Of a stretch of 30,928 nucleotides of DNA, positions 6,919-17,487 are shown piece by piece. The notes beneath the pieces are model-generated. The model saw only the letters and a program-made list of their open reading frames with translations. It searched no databases and was not told where the DNA came from. The DNA comes from Elusimicrobiales bacterium (GTDB taxonomy: Bacteria; Elusimicrobiota; Elusimicrobia; Elusimicrobiales; UBA9959), in contig JBMFKQ010000019.1 of assembly GCA_049972095.1 (NCBI GenBank), positions 1-30,928 on the forward strand, written 5' to 3'. Both the position numbers and the translations under genes were made by a program. Positions within the stretch are counted from its first letter, which is position 1; each line of letters begins with the position of its first letter.

Positions 6919-8915
6919 CAGAAAAAGAGGCAGCAAAAAGAATAGAGGAGCTCAAAAGAGTTATAAACAGGCATAACTATCTATACTATGTGGAAAATAA
7001 GCCGGAGATAACTGATCTTGAGTTTGACAAGCTTCTAAATGAATTAAAAGAGCTTGAGAAAAGATTCCCAAATCTTATCACTCCTGATTCCCCAACTCAA
7101 AAGGTTGGAGGAATGGCTTCATCGGACTTTAAACCAGTAAAACACACACCCCCTATGCTTTCGCTTGACAACTGTTATTCAGAAGAGGAGTTAAATGAGT
7201 GGTATGAAAGGATAAAAAAAATAATTAAGACAAATGAGTTTGATTTGATATGCGAGGCGAAAATAGATGGGCTTTCATGTGCTGTAGAGTATAGAGACGG
7301 ACTATTCTTTAAAGCCTCCACAAGGGGAGATGGGCAAATAGGAGAGGATGTAACCGAAAATGTAAAGACAATACCTTCTCTTCCACTCAAGATAGATACT
7401 CCAAAAAACTCTATCATAGAATTCAGAGGTGAGGTCTATCTAACAAAAAAGGAATTTGAAGAGATAAACTTACAGCAGATAAAAAATGGAGAGGAACCTT
7501 TTTCAAATCCAAGAAACGCAGCAAGCGGCTCACTCAGACAAAAGGATCCACGCATAACTGCAAAAAGAAAGCTTAGATTTGCGGTTCACTCTTATGGAAG
7601 GATAGAAGGCTTTAATGAACCTAAAACACAAGAGGAATATTTTGAACTTTCAAAAAAGCTAATGATACCAATAAATCCGTTCTGGAAAAAAGTAAAAAAC
7701 TTAAATGAGGTGATAGAGTTTTATAATGAGATGAGTGAAAAAAGAAATATGCTTGACTTTGAGATAGATGGAGTGGTGGTAAAGGTTAATGATTTTGATT
7801 TAAGAAAGATACTTGGAGAAACTGCAAAAAATCCAAGATGGGCAATAGCATTCAAATTTAAAGCGGAACAGGCTAAAACCCTTCTTAAAGATGTTATATT
7901 TTCAGTGGGAAGAACAGGGATAGTCACTCCAGTAGCTGTTCTTGAACCAGTTAGGTGTGGTGGTGTTATAATATCAAGCTCAACACTCCATAATTTTGAT
8001 GAGATAAAACGACTTGATGTAAAGATAGGGGATAAAGTAATAGTTGAAAGGGCAGGGGATGTTATACCAAAGATTGTAAGAGCAGTTAAGGAAGAAAGAA
8101 ATGGAAATGAAAAAGAAATAAAGATACCTTCAAAATGTCCAAGCTGCAACTCAGAGTTATTCAGAGAAGAAAATGAAGTTTATATAAGATGCATAAACCC
8201 AAATTGTGCGGCTCAACTAAAAAAAAGCATACTACATTTCGCCTCAAGAGATGCAATGAATATAGAAGGGTTGGGTGAAAATACTGTTGATGACCTTTTA
8301 GAAAAAGGATTGATAAAAAAGATAAGTGATATATACCATCTAAAGAAAGAGGATTTATTAAAACTTGAACTTTTTAAGGATAAAAAAGCAGAAAATCTTT
8401 TAAAACAGATAGAAAACTCAAAAAAACAAAATCTTGATAAGGTTATATATGCTCTTGGAATAAGACATGTTGGTGAAAAAACTGCAAGGACTCTTTCAGA
8501 AAAATTCAAAAATATTGATAGCCTTATGAATGCTAAACTTGATGAGCTCTCGTCAATTGCGGAGATAGGTCCAATAATTGCTCAATCCATCTACAATTTT
8601 TTCAATCAGAAATCAGTAAGAACTCTTATAAAAGAGTTAAAGGATGCTGGAATAAATATGAATTATCATGAAGAAAAAAGAGGGGAAAAACTAAAAGCTC
8701 TTACATTTGTATTCACAGGTGAGCTTAAAAATATGACAAGAGCAGATGCCGAGAACAAGGTTATGGAGCTTGGGGGAAAGGTATCCAGCTCAGTGTCTTC
8801 AAAAACATCATTTGTTGTGGTTGGGGAAAATCCAGGTTCAAAGTATGAAAAGGCAAAAAAGATTGGGGTTAAGATAATAAATGAAGATGAGTTTTTGAAA
8901 ATGATAGAGAAATGA
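6915..8915 (+). CDS. ligA: NAD-dependent DNA ligase
   Basis: KIDG adenylation motif, TRGDG, NPRNAASGSLRQ, PRWAIAFKF, Cys4 zinc finger, C-terminal BRCT. Confidence 0.98.
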   Translation: MTEKEAAKRIEELKRVINRHNYLYYVENKPEITDLEFDKLLNELKELEKRFPNLITPDSPTQKVGGMASSDFKPVKHTPPMLSLDNCYSEEELNEWYERIKKIIKTNEFDLICEAKIDGLSCAVEYRDGLFFKASTRGDGQIGEDVTENVKTIPSLPLKIDTPKNSIIEFRGEVYLTKKEFEEINLQQIKNGEEPFSNPRNAASGSLRQKDPRITAKRKLRFAVHSYGRIEGFNEPKTQEEYFELSKKLMIPINPFWKKVKNLNEVIEFYNEMSEKRNMLDFEIDGVVVKVNDFDLRKILGETAKNPRWAIAFKFKAEQAKTLLKDVIFSVGRTGIVTPVAVLEPVRCGGVIISSSTLHNFDEIKRLDVKIGDKVIVERAGDVIPKIVRAVKEERNGNEKEIKIPSKCPSCNSELFREENEVYIRCINPNCAAQLKKSILHFASRDAMNIEGLGENTVDDLLEKGLIKKISDIYHLKKEDLLKLELFKDKKAENLLKQIENSKKQNLDKVIYALGIRHVGEKTARTLSEKFKNIDSLMNAKLDELSSIAEIGPIIAQSIYNFFNQKSVRTLIKELKDAGINMNYHEEKRGEKLKALTFVFTGELKNMTRADAENKVMELGGKVSSSVSSKTSFVVVGENPGSKYEKAKKIGVKIINEDEFLKMIEK

Positions 8916-10291
8916 AACAGGCATATATCTCTCTTTACAAAAAGCAGGGAATTGAAAATTTTGCAGAGATCCTTGAAGAAAATGGCTGGGAAATATTAGC
9001 TTCTTATTCAACATTCGATTATCTTACCCAAAAAGGTATAAATGCTACAGAAATAAAAACATCACAATATCATCCTACATTAGTCGTTATATCATCAATA
9101 GCTTTAGGAAAAAAGATAAAACCCATCTCTGACATAAAGCTTGTGATAGCAGACATCCCAGAGAATTTGAAGGATGAGGTTTACAATTTTATGCTCATAA
9201 CAGTAGCTTTAAAGAAAAATATAGCAGTTATGTTTCCTGATGAGTGTATGAGATATGCTGATTATGTGAAGATATACGGCGGGATAACCGAGGGTCTTAA
9301 AAAAGAATTAAATTTTAAAAAGATAAACCTAATCTCCTATCTTATATCATCTAAAATATATACTGAGTTTCCATATCTAAATGAAAGAGATGATATTCTA
9401 ACAATTCCTTTTAAAAAAATAAAGGAAATGAAGGGGGAAAATCCCCACCAAAAAGCATTTCTCTATGAAACCCCATTCAAAAAGGAGTTTGAATTAATTA
9501 AGGGGGATCTAAATACAAATCATTTTTTTGATATCCAAAAGGCATTAGACATCATCTCAGAAATTGAGATGCCTTTTACAATGATGATCAACCATTCAAA
9601 CATATCAGCCTTTTCTTGGGAAAAAGATTATCTAATAAAAGCGGAGGCTAAAACATGTAAAACTCTTGTTCTAAATTTTAAGGCAGAGTTTGAGATATTA
9701 CAGAAGGCTTTAACACTCAAGCCTGAGATGATAATAGCAAGGGATTACGACAGCAAGATATTATCATCAAATGAGATTGATATAAAAAATTTGGTAAAAA
9801 TAACTCATAGAATAAAACCACCAAAGGAAATGGATATTTTCTTTACATGCGGATATACCATCATCCAGTATAAAGATGTGGAAGAAATAAAAACAAACAC
9901 ACTAAGCAATACAAAAATACAACCGCATATATTAGATAAAATCAAAGCCGGACTTTCGATTATAAGACACCTAAAAACCTTTTCAGCTGTGGTCTTTTAT
10001 AATAAAACCCTCGTAGGACTATCCCAAGGAAACTACTCCTCATCACTTGCATTAAGAAGAGCGCTTGATGAAACGACACTGAATATAAAGAATGTTAAAA
10101 TTACACAAACACCAGACAGATTCACAGTTATAACTGATGGAATTATTTCAGCCGATATTATAGACTACATATCCAAATACCTGATTGATGTAATTGTCTC
10201 CAGTGGTCTTGATGAGATCAGTATGAAAAAACTTTCAGAAAAAAATATAATATTAGTAGTAACGGAAAAAAGACATTACAGACATATATGA
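8912..10291 (+). CDS. purH: PurH-like protein (AICAR transformylase/IMP cyclohydrolase fold), highly divergent with eroded catalytic motifs
   Basis: MGS-like N-terminus AYISLYKKQGIENFA..GWEILAS, GENPHQKA, C-terminal TEKRHYRH. Confidence 0.7.
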   Translation: MKQAYISLYKKQGIENFAEILEENGWEILASYSTFDYLTQKGINATEIKTSQYHPTLVVISSIALGKKIKPISDIKLVIADIPENLKDEVYNFMLITVALKKNIAVMFPDECMRYADYVKIYGGITEGLKKELNFKKINLISYLISSKIYTEFPYLNERDDILTIPFKKIKEMKGENPHQKAFLYETPFKKEFELIKGDLNTNHFFDIQKALDIISEIEMPFTMMINHSNISAFSWEKDYLIKAEAKTCKTLVLNFKAEFEILQKALTLKPEMIIARDYDSKILSSNEIDIKNLVKITHRIKPPKEMDIFFTCGYTIIQYKDVEEIKTNTLSNTKIQPHILDKIKAGLSIIRHLKTFSAVVFYNKTLVGLSQGNYSSSLALRRALDETTLNIKNVKITQTPDRFTVITDGIISADIIDYISKYLIDVIVSSGLDEISMKKLSEKNIILVVTEKRHYRHI

Positions 10292-10306
10292 AATGAAGGA
10301 GGAGGA

Positions 10307-10570
10307 ATGATAGTGAAAATAGTAATTTTCCTTGTGCTTTTTTTTATTATATCATCAATATTTACAGCAGTATTTATCTTTCTAACCAGAAGGGGATTTG
10401 TTGCTGTAGGTGAGCTTACACCAGATGTTGATGAGATTAAAGAAATCTTAAGAGGTAATTCTGCTGTATCTGAGTATTTTTCAAGGATACTCTCCGCATT
10501 TATAATAGGTATTTCTATTATTCTTTCAGTATCAGTTATAGCCACGTTTATTCTAATCAAATGGAAATAG
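10307..10570 (+). CDS. small membrane protein with 2 predicted TM helices, function unknown
   Basis: Strong SD GAAGGAGGAGGA; two hydrophobic segments flanking a polar loop. Confidence 0.7.
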   Translation: MIVKIVIFLVLFFIISSIFTAVFIFLTRRGFVAVGELTPDVDEIKEILRGNSAVSEYFSRILSAFIIGISIILSVSVIATFILIKWK

Positions 10571-10737
10571 TTAATGAATGAAAAAGGTTTATCTGGTTGT
10601 CTTATTTTTCCTAAAAAAAATCAGAAATCTAAAACCTGAGTCAAAAATAAGGATTGAATAAAACCCTCTTCAAAAGAATGGCGCATATAATTTATAACCT
10701 AACTACAAGACCGGATAAAAAATCAATATTATCTTTG

Positions 10738-10746
10738 TGATACAAT
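10738..10746 (+). promoter_or_regulatory. extended -10 box for a probably leaderless gpsA mRNA
   Basis: TGATACAAT 6 nt before ATG 10753; no SD. Confidence 0.55.
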
Positions 10747-10752
10747 ATTATT

Positions 10753-11733
10753 ATGAAAAGAAATTTGAAAATATCTGTAATAGGCGCAGGAACATGGGGA
10801 ACAACAGTAGCAAATCTTTTATCAGAAAAAGGTGAAGATGTGGTAATATGGGCAAGAGAAGATGATGTTTGCAAATCAATAAACACAAAACATATAAATG
10901 AGATATTCTTAAAAAATATCAAACTTCATAAGAAACTAAAAGCAACAAACTCTATCGAAGAAGCACTCAATCATGCAGATATTCTTATAAATGCAGTTCC
11001 AGTTCAATTTATGAGGAATGTTTATAAAAGCACTAAAACAAAAGAAAAGAAAATAATTATAAATCTATCAAAAGGAATTGAGATAAAAACATTATCCCTT
11101 CCTTCACAGATACTTAAAGAGATATTTAAACATGATGTCTACACCATTTCAGGACCAAATTTTGCTATTGAAATAGCCAACAAAAAACCATCTGCAACAA
11201 CAGTATCAGGAGCTGATGAAAAAATAAGAAAAAAAATACAGAAACTGTTTTACACCCAATACCTCAGGGTTTATGAAAATGATGATATCATAGGATGTGA
11301 GGTATCAGGAGCTGTTAAGAATGTCATTGCAATTGCCGGCGGTATGTGTGATGCTTTAAATCTTGGATATAATGCAAAGGCAGCACTCATAACAAGGGGA
11401 CTGAATGAGATTAGAAAACTTGGTAAAAAACTTGGTGCAAAGGATATAACATTTCTCGGGCTTTCAGGCATAGGTGATCTTGTGCTTAGCTGTAATTCAA
11501 AGATGTCAAGAAACTATACTGCTGGATATGAGATTGCAAAAACAGGAAAATATCATCAAAACCTTCATATAGCCGAGGGGATATTTACAGCAAAGGCTGT
11601 TTATCTCCTTTCAAAAAGACTTAAGGTGGAAATGCCTATATCAAAAGAGGTTTATAGGGTTATCTATGAAGGTAAAAAAACATTAGATGCATTAGGTTCT
11701 TTAATGTCAAGAAAAATAAAACCAGAATTCTAA
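10753..11733 (+). CDS. gpsA: NAD(P)H-dependent glycerol-3-phosphate dehydrogenase
   Basis: GAGTWG, SKGIE, SGPNFA, GAVKNVIAIA, GIGDLVL, SRN. Confidence 0.97.
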   Translation: MKRNLKISVIGAGTWGTTVANLLSEKGEDVVIWAREDDVCKSINTKHINEIFLKNIKLHKKLKATNSIEEALNHADILINAVPVQFMRNVYKSTKTKEKKIIINLSKGIEIKTLSLPSQILKEIFKHDVYTISGPNFAIEIANKKPSATTVSGADEKIRKKIQKLFYTQYLRVYENDDIIGCEVSGAVKNVIAIAGGMCDALNLGYNAKAALITRGLNEIRKLGKKLGAKDITFLGLSGIGDLVLSCNSKMSRNYTAGYEIAKTGKYHQNLHIAEGIFTAKAVYLLSKRLKVEMPISKEVYRVIYEGKKTLDALGSLMSRKIKPEF

Positions 11734-11746
11734 TAGAAAATACTTA

Positions 11747-12067
11747 TTATCCTCTTTCCTTTAGAGATAATCTTTCTCTCCTGATAAGATACATCTTTCT
11801 TTTAATACCGCCAGCTCCAGAATAACCCCCAATCTTTCCATCACTTCTTATAACCCTATGGCATGGAATATAAGGAGGAAAAGGATTTTTCTTTAAAGCA
11901 AGAGCAACTGCCCTATAAGCATTTGGATTTCCTATCTTTTGTGCTATCCATTTGTAGCTTCTTGTCTTACCAACAGGTATTTTCAAACATGCCATCCAAA
12001 CCTTCTGGTAAAATAAAGGATATTTTTTCATCTCTTCCTTTATTCTTTCTAAAATCTTCTTATTCAT
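11747..12067 (-). CDS. MGMT-family (O6-alkylguanine-DNA alkyltransferase) protein, C-terminal domain only
   Basis: IPVGKTRSY HTH, RAVALAL..NP, active-site PCHRV, GGYS. Confidence 0.92.
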   Translation of the reverse strand: MNKKILERIKEEMKKYPLFYQKVWMACLKIPVGKTRSYKWIAQKIGNPNAYRAVALALKKNPFPPYIPCHRVIRSDGKIGGYSGAGGIKRKMYLIRRERLSLKERG

Positions 12068-13359
12068 AGAATAAAATGGCTCTCCCTTAACTTCCTGTGA
12101 TAGCTTATTGCAAATCTATGAGTCTCATCTCTTATCTTCATAATAAAAAGAAGCTGCTCGCAGTCTTTTGGTAATCTAATTGGTTGCTTAAGATTCTGAC
12201 TAAAAATTATCTCTTCACCTTTTGCGATTGATATTACATCTGTTTTTTTTATTCCAAGCTCCCTCAAAGCCTTAACTGCCATCTCAAGCTGACCTTTTCC
12301 TCCATCTATTAAAACAAGATCAGGACAATCCTTTTCATCATCATATCTTCTTTTAACTATCTCATAAATAACAGCATAATCATTCCCACCTATTTTTAAA
12401 GGCTTAAACCTGGATTTAAATCTTCTATAATGCGAGTGATTCTTAACACCATTTATAAAACACACTGATGCACCTACAATATATTTGTTCATTATATTTG
12501 AAACATCAAATGATTCTATATGATAAGGGATATTTTTAAGTTTTAGATTCTCTTTTATACTGATAAGAAGTGATGTAAGCTCTGATTTTTTCTCTACATC
12601 TTCAAGTCTTGTTTCATTAACACTAACCCTTTCATAGATATGGTTTATCGCCTTAATAAAGTCTCTATACTCCCTTGCCCTCTCAAACTCAAGTTTTTCA
12701 GAGTGTTTCTTCATCATTTTTTCAAAGTCTTTTATAAGTGATGAATGTTTCATTGAGAAAAAATCCTTTGCAGTTCTAACATGCCTTTTATATTCTGAAA
12801 TTGTTATTCTACTAAAATCACATGGTGCAGGGCATTGCATCGTGTGATAATATATACATCTGTTTCTTCTATTTTCATCAAGAGGTTTTTTAAGCGAGAA
12901 ATTATAATTGCATCTTCTAATCCTTACAAAACCAATATCTCTTAGTTTTTCAATAAGTTTTTTTACCATATCAGAATGTGGATAAGGACCAAAATATCTA
13001 CCTTGGATATTTTGTTTCCTTGTTATTATAAGTCTTGGGAAATCTTCATGGGTTATAACAACATAAGGATATGATTTTGAATCCTTCCACATCACATTAA
13101 AAATAGGTTTATAGAGAGAGATTAATCTTCTTTCAATAATCAACGCCTCTCTTTCACTATCACAGATTATAAAATCTATTTTAAAGGCAAAGAGTTTAAT
13201 GTTTCTTACCTTGAGATTATCATCAGCATTCTTTAAAAAATAAGTTCTGATTCTTTTTCTTAAATCCTTTGCTTTTCCTATATAGATTATCTTTGAGAAT
13301 CTATCTTTTATTATGTAGACACCTGGAAGATGTGGAATTCTATCAAGCTCTCTAACCAT
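12064..13359 (-). CDS. uvrC: excinuclease UvrC, short form without C-terminal HhH
   Basis: GVY..IYIGKA GIY-YIG, Cys cluster, UVR helix LEFERAREYRD, RNase H-like FDVS/DGGKGQL/RDETHRFA. Confidence 0.9.
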   Translation of the reverse strand: MVRELDRIPHLPGVYIIKDRFSKIIYIGKAKDLRKRIRTYFLKNADDNLKVRNIKLFAFKIDFIICDSEREALIIERRLISLYKPIFNVMWKDSKSYPYVVITHEDFPRLIITRKQNIQGRYFGPYPHSDMVKKLIEKLRDIGFVRIRRCNYNFSLKKPLDENRRNRCIYYHTMQCPAPCDFSRITISEYKRHVRTAKDFFSMKHSSLIKDFEKMMKKHSEKLEFERAREYRDFIKAINHIYERVSVNETRLEDVEKKSELTSLLISIKENLKLKNIPYHIESFDVSNIMNKYIVGASVCFINGVKNHSHYRRFKSRFKPLKIGGNDYAVIYEIVKRRYDDEKDCPDLVLIDGGKGQLEMAVKALRELGIKKTDVISIAKGEEIIFSQNLKQPIRLPKDCEQLLFIMKIRDETHRFAISYHRKLRESHFIL

Positions 13360-13371
13360 TATCTCTACTTT

Positions 13372-13929
13372 TCACAAACTACTTTTTATTTTAAGGAAAT
13401 AATAGAAAACTGCAATTACTGTTTTCGAATCCTTTATCCTTCCACTGAGAATCATCCTAAGCGCATCATTGTCTTTTATGTGAAAAACATCAAGAAACTC
13501 ATCTTTATCTGGTTTTGATTTGCCTTTTTTAAGCCCGGTGGCAAGATATATTCTTAAACCCTCATTTGAAAAAGCAGGGGTGGGCCAGAAATCAATCATA
13601 TGAATAAATTTTGATGCAGAGTATCCTGTTTCCTCTTTTAGCTCTGCTTCAGCTCTTTTTAAATAGCTATCATTTTTATGATGAAGCTTTCCTGCAGGTA
13701 TTTCATAGGTTATATCCCCAACAGGATATCTATACTGCCTTACCATAACAAACTCATTTCTATTTATAAGGGGTAGGACAGCAACAGCGCCGGGATGATC
13801 AATAAACTCTCTAACAGCCTTCTTACCATCTGGGAGAAAAACCTCATCAACCCTAAAAGAAACCGCTTTTCCTTTGTAGACAAGCCTTTTAGCAAATGCT
13901 TTTTCATAAAACACTTTTCTGTATTTCAT
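13372..13929 (-). CDS. NUDIX hydrolase (ADP-ribose pyrophosphatase NudF-like)
   Basis: HPGAVAV, QYRYP, Nudix box EIPAGK..AEAELKEETG, DSKT. Confidence 0.92.
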   Translation of the reverse strand: MKYRKVFYEKAFAKRLVYKGKAVSFRVDEVFLPDGKKAVREFIDHPGAVAVLPLINRNEFVMVRQYRYPVGDITYEIPAGKLHHKNDSYLKRAEAELKEETGYSASKFIHMIDFWPTPAFSNEGLRIYLATGLKKGKSKPDKDEFLDVFHIKDNDALRMILSGRIKDSKTVIAVFYYFLKIKSSL

Positions 13930-13935
13930 AAAACC

Positions 13936-13944
13936 ATTTTATCA
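13936..13944 (-). promoter_or_regulatory. extended -10 box for a probably leaderless NUDIX-uvrC-MGMT mRNA
   Basis: Minus strand TGATAAAAT then 6 nt then ATG 13929; no SD. Confidence 0.55.
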
Positions 13945-14001
13945 AATTTGATTATTTCAAAATTTATATAATAGTTTTATAGATTTTTTTGGAAATCACA
14001 T

Positions 14002-17000
14002 ATGAGCCAGAGGTTTGTTCATCTCCACAACCATTCAGAATATTCCCTTCTTGATGGAATGCTTAGAATAACCGAGATAGATGGAAAACCGTCCAAATTT
14101 CTTGAAAGAGTAGCAAAAGAAAATGGAAGTGGCTCAAGTATTGCCATAACAGATCACGGAAATATGTATGGAGCACCGGCCTTCTATAGCAATGCAACAA
14201 AGGTTGGGCTCAAACCAATAATAGGATGTGAACTCTACACAGCAGAAAATGACAGGAAAGACAAAAATAAAGACTCCAAACAAAAGGTTGGACACATAAC
14301 CGCTCTTATTACAAATGAGCAGGGTTATTATAACCTTGTTGAAATGCTTTCAAGGGCTTACCTTGAAGGTTTCTATTATCATCCAAGAATAGACCTTGAA
14401 CTCCTTGAAAAATATCATAAAGGCATAATATTTTTATCGGGCTGCCTTCATTCACTTTTATCACAATACATCCTTGAAGGGAACATAAATAAAGCAAAAG
14501 AAATTGCAGAAAGGTTTAAAAGTATATGTGGAAAAGAAAACTTCTATATAGAACTTATGGATCATGGTATGGATGATGAGAAAAAAATAATAGGACCATT
14601 AATTGAAATAGCAAAGGAACTTTCGCTTGAGGTTGTCGCAACAAATGACTGCCATTATGAATTCAAAGAGGATGCTTTTGCACACGAGGTTCATATATGT
14701 ATATCTACTAACTCAAAACTCAACGATCCAGACAGATTGAAAATGCAAACTCAAGAGCTCTATTTTAAATCAGCAGATGAGATGATAAAGATTTTCTCAG
14801 AAATACCAAAAGCAATAACAAATACCCTTGAGATAGCATCAAGGTGTAACTTCAGATTTGAGAAAGAGAAAATATATCTTCCTGATTTTGATGTTCCGGA
14901 AGAATATCTACAAAAAGCCTTTGGAGATAAATCAGAAGCACAGTTTCTATATCTTAAAGATCTTTGTTTAAAAGGGCTTGAGAAAAAACTTGGCAAAATT
15001 AGCATCGACTATCAAAAAAGACTTGATTATGAACTTGAAATAATAAAGAAGATGGGATTTCCAAGTTATTTCCTAATAGTTATGGATTTCATACAATATG
15101 CTCATAAAAATGGAATACCTGTTGGACCTGGCAGAGGTTCTGGGGCAGGATGTCTTGTATCCTATGCACTTGATATAACCAAGATAGATCCAATAAAGCA
15201 TAATCTGCTTTTTGAGAGATTTCTAAATCCAGGCAGAAAATCAATGCCGGATCTTGACATTGATTTTTCAGATAGTGGCAGAGAAATGGTTATTGACTAT
15301 GTTAGAAACAAATATGGTATAGAGAATGTTGCAGATATAATAACATATGGAAATATAATGGCAAAAACTGCTATAAAAGATGTTGGCAGGGTTCTTGGTT
15401 TTTCTGCATCAGAGATGAATAAAATAACAAAGATGATAGATACCCAAACGATTGAACAGGCAATTGCAAATAATCCTGAAATTAAAAAGATATATGACTC
15501 AAACAAAGATTATAAACAACTTTTTGATATTGCAAAAAAAATAGAGGGATTAAAAAGACACACTGGAGTTCATGCTGCTGGAAAGGTTATAACAGAAAAG
15601 CCAGTTTATAAATATGTTCCTCTTGCTCAAAGAGAAGGTATTATAACAACTCAATATGATGGGGAGACTTTAACCGAGTTAGGGCTTCTCAAAATAGACT
15701 TTCTTGGTCTTAGAACTTTAAGCGTAATCCAAAGAACTGTTGAGTTAATTAGAAAGAAAAATCCAAACTTTAATATAGATGATATTCATCTTAATGATGC
15801 TAAAACCTTTGAGCTTCTTTGCAGTGGAAAAACAACTGGTGTATTCCAACTTGAAAGTGAAGGGATGAAAAAACTTGTGAAGAATCTCAAACCAAATGTT
15901 TTTTCAGATCTATCTGCACTTGTTGCGTTGTATAGGCCGGGACCAATAGAAGCAGGCATGATTGATGTATATGTTAATAGAAAGCATGGAAAAGAAAAAA
16001 TAGTCTATGATCATCCTGTGCTTGAGGACATCCTGAAAGAGACATATGGAACTATGATATATCAAGAACAGGTAATGGAAATTGCAAAAAGGATAGCAGG
16101 ATTTAGTCCATCAGATGCTGATAATCTAAGAAAAGCAATGGGAAAGAAGATACCACAAGAAATGGAAAAGATGAAGGATAAGTTTATAAAAGGTGCTCAA
16201 GAAAATGGTATCAATCAAAAACTTGCAGCAAAAATCTTTGAGCAGATCTATAAGTTTGCTGGATACGGATTCAACAAATCTCACGCAACTGCCTATGCAA
16301 CTATATCATATCAAACAGCATATCTAAAAGCAAACTACCCCCTTGAATTTATGGTATCTCTTCTTACAAGTGAAATAGGACACAACGCAATAGGCTCTGA
16401 TCAAAGAGAGAACAAGCTTGTAATATACCTTGAAGAAGCCAAAGAGATGGGATTTGAAATACTTCCTCCGGATGTCAATAAATCTTTTTCGGATTTCACT
16501 ATTGAATACTCACAATCAAAACCCTGTATAAGATATGCCCTTACAGCAATAAAGAATATTGGTGATGCTATTGCATGTGAGATAGTAAAAGAAAGAGAGA
16601 AAAATGGATCATACCGATCAATTACTGATTTTATATCAAGAAACACCTCAAAGCAGCTTAACAAGAAGGTCCTTGAATCCCTTGCAAAAGCAGGCGCATT
16701 TGACTCACTCTTTGATGGAGATAGAATAACAAAAAGAACAAAAGCGCTTAAGATATCTTCAACACACGAAAGCTCAATCCTTTCAATAACCTCACAATCC
16801 CTTTTCGAAATGCCAGATGAAAAAAAACTAAGCGAACGTGAAATTCTCAGCAATGAAAGAGAGGTTCTTGGATTCTATCTTTCAGGAAACCCCCTTGTTA
16901 ACTCAAGGAAGATTATAAAGATGATTGCTAAATATAACATAAAGGATATAACTAACGGAAAACTAACTCCAAACACACAGATAACAATATGTGGTATGAT

Positions 17001-17487
17001 AATAGGCCCTATTAAAATAACTACAACGAAAAATAAAAAAACTATGTGTAGATTTTCTATAGAAGATCTCACTGATTATATTGACATAACTCTATTTCCA
17101 AAAAGTTATGAGCTATATAAAACCTCAATAAAAGCTGACAATATACTTGTAATAAAAGGAAAGGTGAAAGAATCAGATTTCTCATCAAAAAAATATGAAA
17201 TAACAGCTGATGAAATAATGGAACTTACAGATTATATCAAAAGATATATTAAAAATTTTATAATATACTTTGAAGGCAAGGCTTTGATGAGCGAAGACAT
17301 GAAAGAACTTAAGGAGGTTAAAAAGATTCTTGAACACAGTTCAGGTATTACAAAAGTATATTTTGTTCTTAAATCAATAGACAAAAGTGTATATACCATT
17401 GAAACAAACTATCAAATCTCACTGACAGCTGATATCATAAAAAGGCTTGAAGAAACCTTGGGAGCAAACTCATGGAGAATAGCATAA
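14002..17487 (+). CDS. dnaE: DNA polymerase III subunit alpha
   Basis: PHP HLHNHSEYSLLDG, TDHG, TNDCHY; GRGS; catalytic PDLDID; HAAG; KIDFLGL; YGFNKSH; OB fold. Confidence 0.98.
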   Translation: MSQRFVHLHNHSEYSLLDGMLRITEIDGKPSKFLERVAKENGSGSSIAITDHGNMYGAPAFYSNATKVGLKPIIGCELYTAENDRKDKNKDSKQKVGHITALITNEQGYYNLVEMLSRAYLEGFYYHPRIDLELLEKYHKGIIFLSGCLHSLLSQYILEGNINKAKEIAERFKSICGKENFYIELMDHGMDDEKKIIGPLIEIAKELSLEVVATNDCHYEFKEDAFAHEVHICISTNSKLNDPDRLKMQTQELYFKSADEMIKIFSEIPKAITNTLEIASRCNFRFEKEKIYLPDFDVPEEYLQKAFGDKSEAQFLYLKDLCLKGLEKKLGKISIDYQKRLDYELEIIKKMGFPSYFLIVMDFIQYAHKNGIPVGPGRGSGAGCLVSYALDITKIDPIKHNLLFERFLNPGRKSMPDLDIDFSDSGREMVIDYVRNKYGIENVADIITYGNIMAKTAIKDVGRVLGFSASEMNKITKMIDTQTIEQAIANNPEIKKIYDSNKDYKQLFDIAKKIEGLKRHTGVHAAGKVITEKPVYKYVPLAQREGIITTQYDGETLTELGLLKIDFLGLRTLSVIQRTVELIRKKNPNFNIDDIHLNDAKTFELLCSGKTTGVFQLESEGMKKLVKNLKPNVFSDLSALVALYRPGPIEAGMIDVYVNRKHGKEKIVYDHPVLEDILKETYGTMIYQEQVMEIAKRIAGFSPSDADNLRKAMGKKIPQEMEKMKDKFIKGAQENGINQKLAAKIFEQIYKFAGYGFNKSHATAYATISYQTAYLKANYPLEFMVSLLTSEIGHNAIGSDQRENKLVIYLEEAKEMGFEILPPDVNKSFSDFTIEYSQSKPCIRYALTAIKNIGDAIACEIVKEREKNGSYRSITDFISRNTSKQLNKKVLESLAKAGAFDSLFDGDRITKRTKALKISSTHESSILSITSQSLFEMPDEKKLSEREILSNEREVLGFYLSGNPLVNSRKIIKMIAKYNIKDITNGKLTPNTQITICGMIIGPIKITTTKNKKTMCRFSIEDLTDYIDITLFPKSYELYKTSIKADNILVIKGKVKESDFSSKKYEITADEIMELTDYIKRYIKNFIIYFEGKALMSEDMKELKEVKKILEHSSGITKVYFVLKSIDKSVYTIETNYQISLTADIIKRLEETLGANSWRIA

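Noticed and set aside
10696..10720. AACTACAAGACCGG as an isolated IS end
   Set aside because: No partner inverted repeat, target duplication or transposase found
14002..17487. Intein in DnaE
   Set aside because: Normal length and no splice-junction or homing endonuclease motifs seen
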